Source: Catajapyx aquilonaris (Eukaryota). From it: a stretch of DNA of 64,000 bases. The notes under the pieces are model-generated. The model saw only the letters and a program-made list of their open reading frames with translations, made no database searches and had not been told where the DNA came from. The DNA is taken from assembly GCA_000934665.2 (NCBI GenBank), contig KZ538234.1, positions 1-64,000 of the forward strand, read 5' to 3'. The translations under genes were made by a program, and so were the position numbers. This document shows, one piece after another, positions 1-12,500 of the stretch (position 1 is its first letter; each line of letters starts with the position of its first letter).

Positions 1-454
1 ATTCAATAATATTTGATGGTTGGCAACAGCACAGTCATAATCGAGTCACTCAACTGTTGACCTAAGGAGGATACCGTGGAAACTGAATGAAATATAATAA
101 CAAGTTAAATGAATGGAATGTTTATTTAATAATAATGTAATGAAAATAAGGTGAAGCATATATTTATTTAAGCAGTTAGCGTATGTAATTCAGCATAAAG
201 TGTAGAGATGATATTTACACAAAATAATATTCTAAATAATGTGTGACTATTGTCATACATGGATTCCAGTTGCACGCATTGCTGCTCATAATGAATTATT
301 CACTTATAATTTTATTTCGGGGTTCTATTACGTCCTTGGGCTTTTTGTGTAGGGGATCGGGCACTGCAGCACGTCGGGCCGGATACGTGTTCAAAATATG
401 AAGGCTGTACTTGCAACGGGTTTTGAGATATGCTTGACAGAAAAACGTCCTCTG

Positions 455-483
455 AACAACAACAACAACAACAACAACAACAA
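455..483. repeat. (AAC)9 microsatellite
   Basis: Direct reading. Confidence 0.95.
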
Positions 484-1024
484 GGAAAATTTTCATTGTT
501 GTTTTTGCACGAGGATCTTACTTATAGGGACTATCGTCCCTACAATGCTTCTGTGGAGTGCCCAGAGCAAGTGCCATCTAGGCTAGGGACTTCCATTCCA
601 CTGGAATGGCTTGTCCCAATACTAGACTTGTCCCATGGTTGGGGATTTGACTATTGACATCACATGGTAAACAGGCACTAACCTGTGATGGTAGCTTTCC
701 TTCCTTCAAGAACTTCACCACACCATACAACTCCAGCTTCATCAGATCCATTACTACACTCACCTTCACATGACTGCTTATCTCAACATTCTGACAATAT
801 TATTTCTGTAAGGTTGCATTAGGGTGCATTTGGTGGGAAATAGAGGAATAGGGTGCATTGGCTAGAAATATGTCCCTGCATATTTTCATGTCTAGTAAGT
901 TATTTTTCCATTGTCAAGTGAAAGCACTTCCCTTGTGTTACAAATCATTCTCTTCAACAGTTGTTCTCCCAGGTTTTACAAGATCAGTTTGACAGTAGAA
1001 CACAAGACTTGTTTCTTAAATAAC

Positions 1025-1030
1025 TTTATT
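1025..1030 (-). terminator. candidate poly(A) signal AATAAA of grh, implying a ~2.4 kb 3' UTR
   Basis: First canonical minus-strand AATAAA I found downstream of the stop codon, in AU-rich UTR-like context (TTTTGTACAATATTTAG...AATAAAG). Confidence 0.4.
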
Positions 1031-2888
1031 TTGTCAATCTAAATATTGTACAAAAGTAGTTTCATTTTTTCGATTTAAAAAAGTGTACAACCATCCAAAA
1101 AGTCAACTTCTCTATAGGGTTTAGGGAAAGGTAAAATTGTTTCCACTAAAAAAAAAAACATTTTGATATTGAGAACATAAATGGCAAGCACTCTTGAGTT
1201 CAGGGGGCTGGCAGTGAGTCTCATTGTTGTCTCCCTTGCTTCATTTTTGTGTATGTTAAAAAAAGTTGGCACCGGTTTGTCTTGTATGGATCATGTGTTT
1301 TCACCTCTGACACCAAAAAAATCCACACACTTTTCACACATGAGTCAATGGCACTTGCGATTTTGCATCCAAGGTTTCTTTGTTGAGCTGCTTTCTTGTC
1401 AATCGAGTAAAATAAATCACAACATTGTCACAACTCTTGCTTTCACACAAACCCCACTGTTGCATGTATTGTGACCTGCACACGTTTTCTGCCTTTTTGT
1501 TTATCACAGTTACCAATCATTCCTCGCAGCTACACAGCAAATGTCCAGAGTTTACGAAAACACAACCTTATGGAATGCGACATGATGTAAACAATATTTA
1601 AACTACTTGCATATAAAAAAACCGCTACATTAAAACTGTACATTTACCCCAGCGTTCTTTTTCACTTGTTCTCTTTTAACAAATGCGCGTCACATTTTGA
1701 TTGTGTGCATTAAGTATCGGCTTGTTAAGTGCAAAAAAAAGCTAATTTTTTTGGCACAGGCTTTAGCAGGTGCTCTCTGTTATCTAATAAAGAAAATGAC
1801 AGGGGGAGGCAGTAGGGTAACTTGTTTATAAATAAATTAAAAGGGAAACATGAATGTTTGTACAAGAAATAACACACAACAACTGAGTTCTGTTTTGCTT
1901 TGTTGGAAGATTTGATTTATGGCAACTGTTTCTTTGGCACAAATCTGTGAAATGCATCGAGACCTGGGCTTAGTTTTTTGAAACTGAATCAGTTACCACT
2001 AACTTGTGTGATTGAGTTTGCGAAGAAATTTTTTGCTTCTCAAGTCGCTGATGTGCGGATTACATTCATGCATGGTCAGGTACAATAGAGGATATACACA
2101 TGCTTAAAAAATCACTTTAGTCCTCTTCATGAGCACAAAGATTCCTTAGATACCTCCCCCTTAAGGAAAAGAAAAGTTTCAGAGGCCTGCTTCCATGTTG
2201 GCAGGAATGTACCAAAGTGCATCGGGAAAGCACCATGATTGAACAATAGTAATGCCTCATCAAAAAATTCATCCAGTATTTTACATGGAGGCAAGGTGTT
2301 ATCTTGAATAATCCCGTGATTTCCTCCAAGGACAGTTTGAAGTCATTCTATCATGTGGATTCAAGTTGAGCAATGATGTCATATCTGCCCTCTGCACAAA
2401 CAATCACTTGAGCAGAAATCACACCAGTTTAAATACCCTTGGAGAAAGCGGAATTTTTGTTGTTAGAAACTGCACCATTTTACCACTGAACATGTATATA
2501 TTGGCTGGCACAAAATAGTAAATGGCTACTTAATATGGCCATTTCTAGAACTGTCCTACCATTTATCACATTTTGATGCATTCTGACACAAATGAAAGTA
2601 GGCCTTAAGATGCTGGAGTGAGTCACAGAGTCATCAGACATTGATATGAAAACCATTTCTACAATCAATGAACACTTGGGTGAGTTTGAGCCAAGATTTT
2701 TCGTTTGGGTCGCAACTCTCACCATTTCTTCAACTGTCATTTTGATCTCTTTACATACAATGGCATGTATGTAGTCTAATTTCATGAGTTCCATGGCACA
2801 GCTCCATTTTGAGATCGGTTGCAAGTTCTTGCTCTCATCGCAACTTCTTAATGGGTGTGCAAAAAAGTCATTACAAAACATCATTTCC

Positions 2889-2939
<51 letters not shown>
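2889..2939. repeat. (AAT)17 microsatellite, within the probable grh 3' UTR
   Basis: Direct reading. Confidence 0.95.
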
Positions 2940-2941
<2 letters not shown>

Positions 2942-3420
2942 AACATGCAACTTTTGGTCAAAATTTTCCATTGACAATAATAATAATAAATGATAATAAA
3001 ATACAAAAAATCACAGTTTGTACAAACACTGACACAAAATATATATTATAAAATAATTATTGAAAAAACGCATAACAGCGTTCATTAAAAAATAAACCAC
3101 CACATTATGGTTCTGGTACAAGTTACCATTCTTTTTTGATATCGGCAAATAAATCACATTCCTTACCAACAAAACCTACACATCTATTGGCTGCACCAGC
3201 TAACAAAAGTATACGTAAATAAAATTTGCAGCGTCCCAAACAAATCTGTTTACGCATTCTTGCTTTGCTTGTCATTTATACCTTTCAAACTACACCCCTT
3301 TTATAAAAGAAAACACTACCCAACAACAAAACTATGGCGTTGAAAAAGAAACAGCACATAAAACTCTGCTGTCATACGAAGCCTCAGGAGTTGCATCCTT
3401 TTCCCGGTGTAACTTCCACA

Positions 3421-3550
3421 CTAGTCGTCCAACTCAACCAATGTTAGATCGTAGTATCCATCTTCTCCTTCAACTGTTTTCACCTCCAATCCAAAAATGT
3501 CCTCATTGCAATAATGCTTTAGCATCTCATCATCGATCTTGGCCACCACC
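3421..3550 (-). CDS. grh: grh terminal coding exon ([42 protein letters not shown])
   Basis: Acceptor TTGCAG, stop TAG at 3423-3421; typical Grh C-terminus (xDDxMxxHYxNED...LTLxE). Confidence 0.95.
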
Positions 3551-6500
3551 CTGCAATCAATAAACAATGTACCTCTGCTCTATGTCTCCATTGCATCGAT
3601 ATACTCACCCTTTCCGGTTCTGCCTGAAAAGGTTTTTGATGCTGGAGGCTGAGATTTTGTACTTGGATTCAATCTGAAATCAAATAAGTCCAGTGTTAGG
3701 TAACATATTTTCTACAGGGCTGGAGCCAAGGCAGTTATAGTGCTAGATCATTGATATAACAGATATAACTCCACTTTGAATATTAATTTACAGCACTCAC
3801 TTTCGTGAAAGTTTGCGCTCTAACAGTCCTTCCACAGAGAAAAGCCTGAGAAGATACTATAGGCAAATTCTGAGTTATTGTTCAGTTCCGGCAAGTGTTC
3901 ATGCAGGCAAGACACCTTCTTCATACTATCACGTAGCATTCATAAAAGGCAACAAGCCATTTTCTGCATTACAGCTTCTTAGAAGAGAAAAGTTGAATTT
4001 TAGGCTGTAAATATCCACACTTACGGCTGTAAGAAGTCCTAAAGTGTTAGGTGGCACCAAGTGAAGTGGAGTGAACACCTTGTCTGCATCCTGCCGCACA
4101 TAGACCATGATCCGTTCACTGCAGGGTGGGACCAACTTGCTGCGCTTTATAGAGGGAGGCGAGAAGACACTATCGGAACCAAGTCCACTGCCATCCAGAC
4201 TTTCCTTCTTCTCACTATTTACAAGAAAAACCATTTGAGAACTGATAATCCGATTTTTATTGCAAAGAAAAAAAATTATTGTGGAAATAGGATAGCAAGA
4301 ACATAGCTAGATATATGCCCTATAATCACAATGGAATATGCAAAGAATTTCACAGAATGTAAGGTTCGTGAAAGATTGAACCCTCCAGGCTAAAGAACAC
4401 ACCAACCAATAATTTCCTTCCACTCCCAAGTGGAGGGATCATCTTGTTCATTCATTTATGAGCGATAATGAAAGAAAATTTGTTGCATAATTGCAACAAG
4501 TCCCTCTTGTTGAAATGTGGTGCGAATATCAGCTTTTGTTTGACTGGAATTTAGTACCTCCAATAACTTGTTGGTTCAATTTACTAGGGTAGCCAGTTAC
4601 ACGCCGCCTTTTCAAAATGAGCTAACCACAACTCAGTTACTTGATAAAAGTAACTTTCTCAACACTAAGGGGAATGCACCACCTGCATTTTCCTGTAATT
4701 ACAGATAATTATAGTCGGCTAAGTGTCCAGGATGAGTCCACAGATTGCATCTGAGACATGCTGTAATTTCCACTCATAAATCCATTTCAGGGCTGGGGAA
4801 AAGTCTTTCAAAGGTGGTGGGAGAAAGGGCGCGGGGGGAGGGGGGGGGGGCGCCAATTACCATGCAAAAGGGATTGGCCATTTTGTTGCATGTGTCACAC
4901 CGTGAAAAAATATCTATATTACGAACGGGTTGTTTCTCTTAGATTTTTGTTGTTGGGACTTTTTCTTCTTCTTCAAAATGTTATTTTCTTACCCTGGGTT
5001 ATCTGGCGGGAAATTGTTGTGAAACTTGAGCGTGGTCACAACTGCCGGGCTTTTGGCAGGGGGGAGGGCAAAGGTCGAGGTCTTGTTGGTGATCGGAAGG
5101 TGAGTCGCCGATCCCATCTCCTCGCTCGTCAAACTGGACAAGAAGGCAAAGTGGACGAGTTAAACAAATCCAACCAACACACTTTGCTAATTTCCAAATA
5201 CATATGAGTCGATTTTTTTTCTTTTAAGTTAATCAACAGACATCAATAACTAATATATAAAAATTTGGAAGGCTTAATAAAGCTCATCCACTTTACCCTC
5301 CCATTGATTAGACTAGTTACTTAATGCCCTTACAGTTGGCTACATCATATGAGCGAGAGCACCAAGCAAAAGAGCAGAAGCCAAACTTACTTTGAGTTGT
5401 CAGCATCGTGGTTGTAAAAACCTTGGAGATCCATCGAGGAGAGCTGCAACGGATCGATCAAATGCGATGATGAATGGTTTGATCCTCGTTGCCAACTGAA
5501 GATCCCTACCTTGTCCAAGTCTTCGGCCGGCGTGAACAGAACCGGAGGCTTGAGCAGGTCACTCATGGCGTAGAACTCCGACCTCTCACACGGCGGATGG
5601 TACAGCTCATCCAGCTTCTTCCGTCCAGTGGCGGTCATCTTCCGCTTGGCCGCCCTTCGCTCCTCATCTCGTGTCTTCCTTTCTGCACCCTGCTCCCAAG
5701 TAAAAAGGGCAAAAAACATTTTACCTCTTAGTGATCCTACGAGAGCGTCTCCACCGGGTGATCACCATATTTCAAAGCCCGGCCATAAAGTTTAATTAAC
5801 GTGCTGATCGTGCTAGTTGGCGCCAAATGTCTGCAGCTTTATCAAAATGGAGGGCCCCGACGATAAAAGCATTTCTCCCACTGAGCAAGAGAAGCGTGCT
5901 TGAATAAATCTATCAGAATAATCGCTTCCGGGATGCCTGGTTGAATTACGACAGGAGAAATGGGTCAAAGTCACGCATTCGTGTGCACTTTTTTTTTTCT
6001 CCCTCATCTAACCAGTGTTGGGTGTAAGTGTCGCCATTTTGTTCGGTAGGAGAATCGTAATGACGGCACCTTTTACATATGCGTAAATGTCTGCTGAAAC
6101 ATGCACCTATCCGCACTTACACGCACATGGAGAGACATAAATCTGGAGTTGCCTGACCGATAACAAAACCCGATTCCAGTTTCGGTCCAGAAAAGGAGAT
6201 GCCGCCATTTTTGCACTAACCACTGAGTGTCACGCATTTGTGGATAAGTAGCTGCCGCTGAACTCTTCCCGGTTATCATCCATTAGACTAGAGTGAACTA
6301 TATACTATGAGATCATTACATACACATTAATTCACATGGAAGTGCCTTTTCAACTTTCATAAGGAAATACGCATCCCGATGAGGAATCCTTGCAGTTGGA
6401 TCCTCAAATGGCGTATACAAGCCTTGTGAGGATGTCCGGAGTAAACATGTCGAAAAATGTCAGGGCTAAACCTTGTGTTGGCAAGTTGGGCAATGATACT

Positions 6501-9500
6501 CGTCCAAGGATGACCTTTTCCACCATCCCACCTATTAAAATAAAATAAAATAAACAGCCGGCAAAGAAATCCCTACTAATTATTGCGGTCCGATAAGATG
6601 TCGATAAGCTTTACAGTCCACATAAAACGCCTCGATCAGGACACCTCGTGTGTGGTTACCACATGTCATTTTGGAGTTTTTTCCCAAGTTTTTTTCCACT
6701 GCTAATTGAGCCGTGTGCTTAGTTGACACCGCATTTGACAGCCTTGCGGCAGGGGATCTCAAAATGGCGGACAACCTGGTTTTTTTTTACGTCACTCTGG
6801 GAATCCGCGTTCTGGATGCAAATGAGACAGAAGTGATCCAGGAAACGGGTCCGTGTATTCACTGGCAAAAGAGCAGACAACCGTTAGTTAAGCTCGGGTG
6901 GAAACGCGACTTCTTATTCATAATCGTTCGCCCACCTGACACCGGTGTCCATCCTCAACCCAGATAACTGACCAATTACTACCAAATATTTTGCGAATCG
7001 CTGTTAACGGGATCGGGCATGAATAATCCAATCTGCCGACAAACTGTTATGTGTGATAGGGGTTGAGTCGGTTGTCCCGAGCCAACTTTTCACAATTATT
7101 TGATAGCCATTCATGTAGTAGACACGCCTCCCCTAACCACCCTGCCTTTTCCCACCCCCATCTTTTATACGTGTCTTCTTTTGTGGGCCAAGCAATTACT
7201 ACCTTGTTGAGATTAAGTCCACCTGATGCACCCAAGTTTATGTACTAGCTAGAGGCAAAATGAATTTTTTGGATGCAAATATGTTGTGGAGTAAACTCCA
7301 GCCAATGGCCAAATATAGGCAAATAATTATTGCGTATATAAAATGCGCACCCTGCGATTTGTGGCAGGCGATAGTTTTTGTTGGGAAGGCGTGAGAAAAA
7401 AGAGAAGCATGAATAAAAATCATGGCCGAGATCCGCCCAAAGTAAGGCCCGTGTGGGTGATTTGGGGCTGGAGGAAATTGCGGCTTGGATCAAAGGTAGC
7501 CGAAGGCACTTCCTCGCTGGATCATCGCATGTTTCGCCAATGTCCGCTATTACCTCGCAATTGGCCAAAATCACAAGTTCAAGGCTCGACCAGAAAAACA
7601 GTCCAGACGCATCATCTGCTGAGTACGCGGGATTCTGGATCACCCAGTGTTATTTTTATGCGCGGCAGGAGGAATATGTAAGATTAAAAAGAAAAAAAAT
7701 CAGTGCTGGAAGGTTCGTGAGTGTCTCATTTGCATAATTTGTAATTCTCCGCTTCTTTCGGTTGCCCGAAAGAAATAACCCGTCCCCTCCCCAAATAAGA
7801 AGCCCCTATTATAGTTATTAGTATATGATTGGGCGAGGATTCGGACTCATGAGCCATTCCGCTCACGGAAACCAACTTCCCATTCAATTACAGCGTGCAT
7901 AATAATTCCACGCATTTCGTTAGCCCCAAAATATGGTGAAGGAGCTGGCAATTACCGAATTTTCGGGAGGGCTCTTTGCTGACTTGTACATGACTTCCAT
8001 TCTGAGATGCATCACTGGGAAGCGTACTGTGATGGCATACCGGTACCTGGTACTATACTATAATCTGGGCAATATGGTCAAATCCTGATTTTTTTTTTTG
8101 TTTGGCAGAAATACAAAGTCCCGGAATGAAAAGGCACGTACTGTACCAGCGTCTACCAGAAGTGACCAAATTGCAGCATTTCTGAAGACTTTCCTCTTTC
8201 TGCTGGCGAGCATTGGAATGCACAAATGGCAGCTATCAGAATACCTGGAAACCCAACGTAAGGAGCACGATCTGAGGATTCATTTCCTCGCACTACATAG
8301 CCTGTACTTAGTAGTATGCCCCCAAGTTATTTATCGAACAAAAAAAAAGTAAATTACATCACGACAGCATAATTGAGTAGGGGTTAAAGGGGTGGGATTA
8401 AATATCTAAGCTCCGCCCAATCACATGAACCACGCATGATACCTACACACTTTTTTTTTTCTAATTGAGAAATCCTGTCCTGAGCCAAGTGATATTCGCC
8501 TACCTTTACGACCCAATTAACATGCAAAGGAATTGCTGCCAAATGATAGCCAGGGATCGGCTCTAATTGGCCAGCGCCTGGATTGGGTAATACAACAATA
8601 GTCACAACCGCAAGTGACACTTTTTTGGAGTCTTCCGCCTAGAATTGGGCAACCCTCGTGAGATTGACACCTTAATTGGCCACCATGTCTTTTCTAACAC
8701 TACTCATAACAAGTTTGTTTGTGGAAGAAGACGGTACACGAAAAGCGTGGACTGTGCAACCTTGCATAAATGAACCCACAAAAAAATATATACCCTATAG
8801 GATGCGAAAGACCCCCCCAGCAACCTCCCCTCTGTGCCTTTTTCTCCTTTATTCTCATTTGCAGCTGACAGGTGACGGCCACCCAGCAAAGACATGTGGG
8901 AACCTCCTCCTGTCACTCTTTCCTCTATGGGGCTTGCTGCTTCCCAAACCAGCTGAGCCATACGCACTATTCCTCGAAATACCGCAAACCAGTTGAGAAT
9001 TTTATTTAATTGCAGAATTTTGAGTGTATCCCTATACAGCATCTCCGTGTCGAAGGATTTTCATGTCTTAACCTCAAGTGAACTCCCATTAAGCTGCATT
9101 TACGGCCTTGTAGTGTCCATTAGACGTATCTATCGCGTCTTCGCCAAGCATCCGAACTGTCCCGTTAGTCGCCCTTAATCATGGAAAGCAGCTTTTTTAC
9201 CCCGATCTTGAAGTCACACGGAGTGTGTGGTACTCACCTTATCGCAAAACACCTTGATCTGGCAATAACCTCGGTGGAAAACAGGGCTGGAGTCTCTCGG
9301 GTCCTCGTACGTGTCGATTTGCAGATGCAGAGGAAGTCCCTGCCAAAAAAAATAAAAATAAAAATAACGTGTGATCAGACGTCCAATACAAACATCTGAA
9401 CAATATTTTTAAAAAAATACAATTCTGCCACAGTTGCTGGATTTGCTGCGGCCAATAAAAAAATGAATGGATTTGCTACGGCCAATAAAGAAATTGGAAA

Positions 9501-12500
9501 GGAAGCGAGTGGAAGATAATTGGGGCAAGTGCAGCAGAAAGAGGAGAAAAAGCAAGAGGAGCCATAAAAGCCGGAATTGGCCTCAAGTCCTCCCTAGTGC
9601 AATTAGAATGCAATTGCAGGTGGGCTCCAGAGGGTCTGGTGTTGGGGGGTGGGGGTGGAGAGGCAGGCAGGGTGGGGGAGACTCGAGGGTTTATTTGTGT
9701 AAATGGCCCATGATTTCGGAGCAGAGGACAAAAGCCGGGCGATCCCGGATTCATTTCATAGCCATAAAGTCATCAGAGGAAGTTTTACTGGCAAATTCGT
9801 GCAAAACACTCCCGGATGCGAGACATATGCTATTTATTTACAACAGATGTTGTTATGGCTAGATCTGAGTGTTCATAAACTTGGGAAATTATTTTGAAAT
9901 AGACGTTCACTAACTCAAAAAACTCTTCCAAGATTTTTTTCTGTCGATTTGATTATTAACGACGGAAAAACTGCTTCGAGAATTTATTGCGTCAGTTGAA
10001 TGAACTATTTCAAGCGTAGAAACGAATAGAAACTTGGGACGTGACAATACCTCAGCCACAAAGCACCAAAATGGCTCGCATGCACAAGTGTATTTTTTGA
10101 TAGAAAATTAACGATCCAGTATTTTGCTATTCATTCGCGGCCGGCATGTTTCAAAAAAACGTGAAAAGCTACGATCTGGGTGGTTTTCATGTGAAATATG
10201 GTCGCAACATACAAAAAAAGGAACCTAAAACCATTTCAAGTCGAGCGTAACCAACTCGAACCGCACCACTCACATTATACGCCTTTGAGGAAGAAAAAAA
10301 AAGTGTAGACTATTATAATACCCACTAGTCTAAAAAAAAAGTTACACGAAACTATAGAGGTTACTTTCTGTGTCTGTACCACAATTACTGTGTTTTTGAA
10401 AAGCTCGGATCATTTTAGCATGCCGTAACTTAATTTAGGGTTTTAGTAGGGGGGTAAACAAATCCGCGTGCGTTTTAGTGGGGGGTATTTTAGGGCCGAC
10501 TTTTGGAGGCCCAGTTCTGCCCCCCTCAAAAAAAAAGTCGTATTGTGGCAAAGGCGCCAGTGAAATCGGTCCTTTCACAAAAAGTCTCCAAGGGGGGAAA
10601 GTTCTCTTCCTGATCCACAAAAGGGTCTTCAGTTCCCACGAAACCAAGTGGCATAAGTCACTCGTAAGTCCGACTCTGCTGGGGCCCCCCCTCGGACGCA
10701 CAAAAAGCCGAAAAATTCTGACACCTGGAATTCAAGAACACCTTCCAAGTCTTGGAAATAGAAGGAAAAGACAGCAAAAATGGCCTCACATAAGTTAGGG
10801 GTTTACAAAAAAAAGAAACAATGAAAATCCTGGCAAAAAGGCGTGCAAATGGCGAAAATGTCGCGACTTAATCTTATTGAAAGAGCGTGAAAGACGACGC
10901 CGTTTTTTAAGCCGCTACAAAAGTAAGCGAGCAACATGTGAAGGATTAACGATCGAATTCGTTAGTTGCTGTCACCTAACAAAAAAAAAAAAAATCTAAA
11001 TCCTGATTTGCATGCGGGAAGATCCGAATGCAAAAATGATTCTCTGAATAAAAACAATGTAGCCAACACCTGGTCGTTTCCCTCATGTTTTTTTTTGCGG
11101 CCAGGTAAAATATGCCCAAATCGTTAATTGAACTGTCTTTTTGAAGTGTGCATCACTCGTGGGGCAGACCCCCATTTCTTACCTCTAATTGGCGGCCAAC
11201 ATTCGCTTCGGAAATGCTATCCCCCTTAATTAAGACCCTTAGGCGATATTTCTTTGACTATGTTTTTTTTTCCCCTCCTCTTAGTCTTCATACAAACGTC
11301 CTCCCCCTTCGAACCAAAATCCCACTGTTGTGAATTTATTTCGCACTTAGCAATTTTTTCCTAGTGCGGGCAAAAAAAGAAACAAAATCATTCAAGAGAG
11401 GAAGGATAAAGTGGTGGGAGTTAATGCGGCAATAAAATATTGGAATGGGAAGATGATAAGAATCTGCTTCCCAAACTTCTCTGGCCTTATGCTAATCGAC
11501 AAGTCGCGAAGGATGTGACACAATGAGAAAACACTTCGGGGCTACTCTACTGCACAGTTAGTTTACATATACACACACCCACATACCAAAAAAAGTCTGA
11601 GGGTTATAAAAGTCCAGAGTGATACCAGTGCTGCCTCTAACTATTGTATTTGAAACCGGAGCTTGTCACTTTGTTTTTTTTTTAATAGTCCGAATTTCGT
11701 GCCAAAGCATACTAAAAAAGTTTAGGGCTAATAGGAAAGAAAAGTGGTAACTACCCTTAGTCCGTTGCTCCGGCGGTGACATGTCGAGACTTGAATGTCC
11801 TGGAAAATTCGGAAATCGTTCTACTAGATGGCAGCACTGACTTTCGGCCAGAGTTTGACAGGACTTGAACACGTAACTGGTCTAATACTGGGAATATACT
11901 GACTCTTCAAGTAGCCTATTGCAGCCTTGTAAAACGAATTTGTTTAATTAAAACTCCTCGCGATTGGATCCTGAATGCTCTCAATGATTCATAACTAAAT
12001 CTTATCTTACTTTATCAACATACTTACAGTCAGTTGAACAGCGGACGCCCATGTTGCGTCCATTTTCACAAAAATGCAACACGTCTGTGAAATCTATTTA
12101 CAAGGCTGTAAGATGGTTACTCATCGGCCAAAAAGTGAATAACCCTTAGCTTATTGTATAGAGTAACTGGTTAGATAATCATCCAAGCATGCTCTTTGGA
12201 AGCAAAAGGAGCTGCTAAGTTTTCCAGAGCCCAAGGTTGGAATTTTTGTTTGGAGGGTGGAAAAAGATGGCGGGGCTGAGATAGAGCAGGTAGAAGTGGA
12301 AGCAGCAGCAGTGCAGTCAAGTAGAACTAGCCATGGCTACCGTTGGCACGTTTGTTTTTTTTTTACTCTACACAGAGTACAAATGGTGTTGGGCAGTTAC
12401 CCCTTTCCTCAACACGAATATTGAATCCGGGAGTCGTGGTGGCGATAAGTGAAGCATGCACGAGAACGCCCCTCGGACCATTCAATTGCATGGCGGCCGC

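Noticed and set aside
398..657. Poly-N and poly-Q ORFs
   Set aside because: Created by the (AAC)n microsatellite; no recognisable domain or splice structure
2117..3051. 165-aa and neighbouring ORFs with poly-L/N/I runs
   Set aside because: Driven by the (AAT)17 repeat, no recognisable homology, interrupted by stops, and inside the probable grh 3' UTR
3313..3423. Possible stop-codon readthrough extension (~35 codons)
   Set aside because: TAG-T is not a leaky context and the extension length is unremarkable
5687..5695. GAGCAG tandem (NAGNAG) acceptor
   Set aside because: GAG acceptors are rarely used and the insertion would interrupt the invariant DKGAERK motif
7245..7737. Overlapping 94-132 aa ORFs on both strands
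   Set aside because: No recognisable family or convincing splice sites
10430..11000. Homopolymer-rich block that might be a MITE
   Set aside because: No terminal inverted repeats or second copy found
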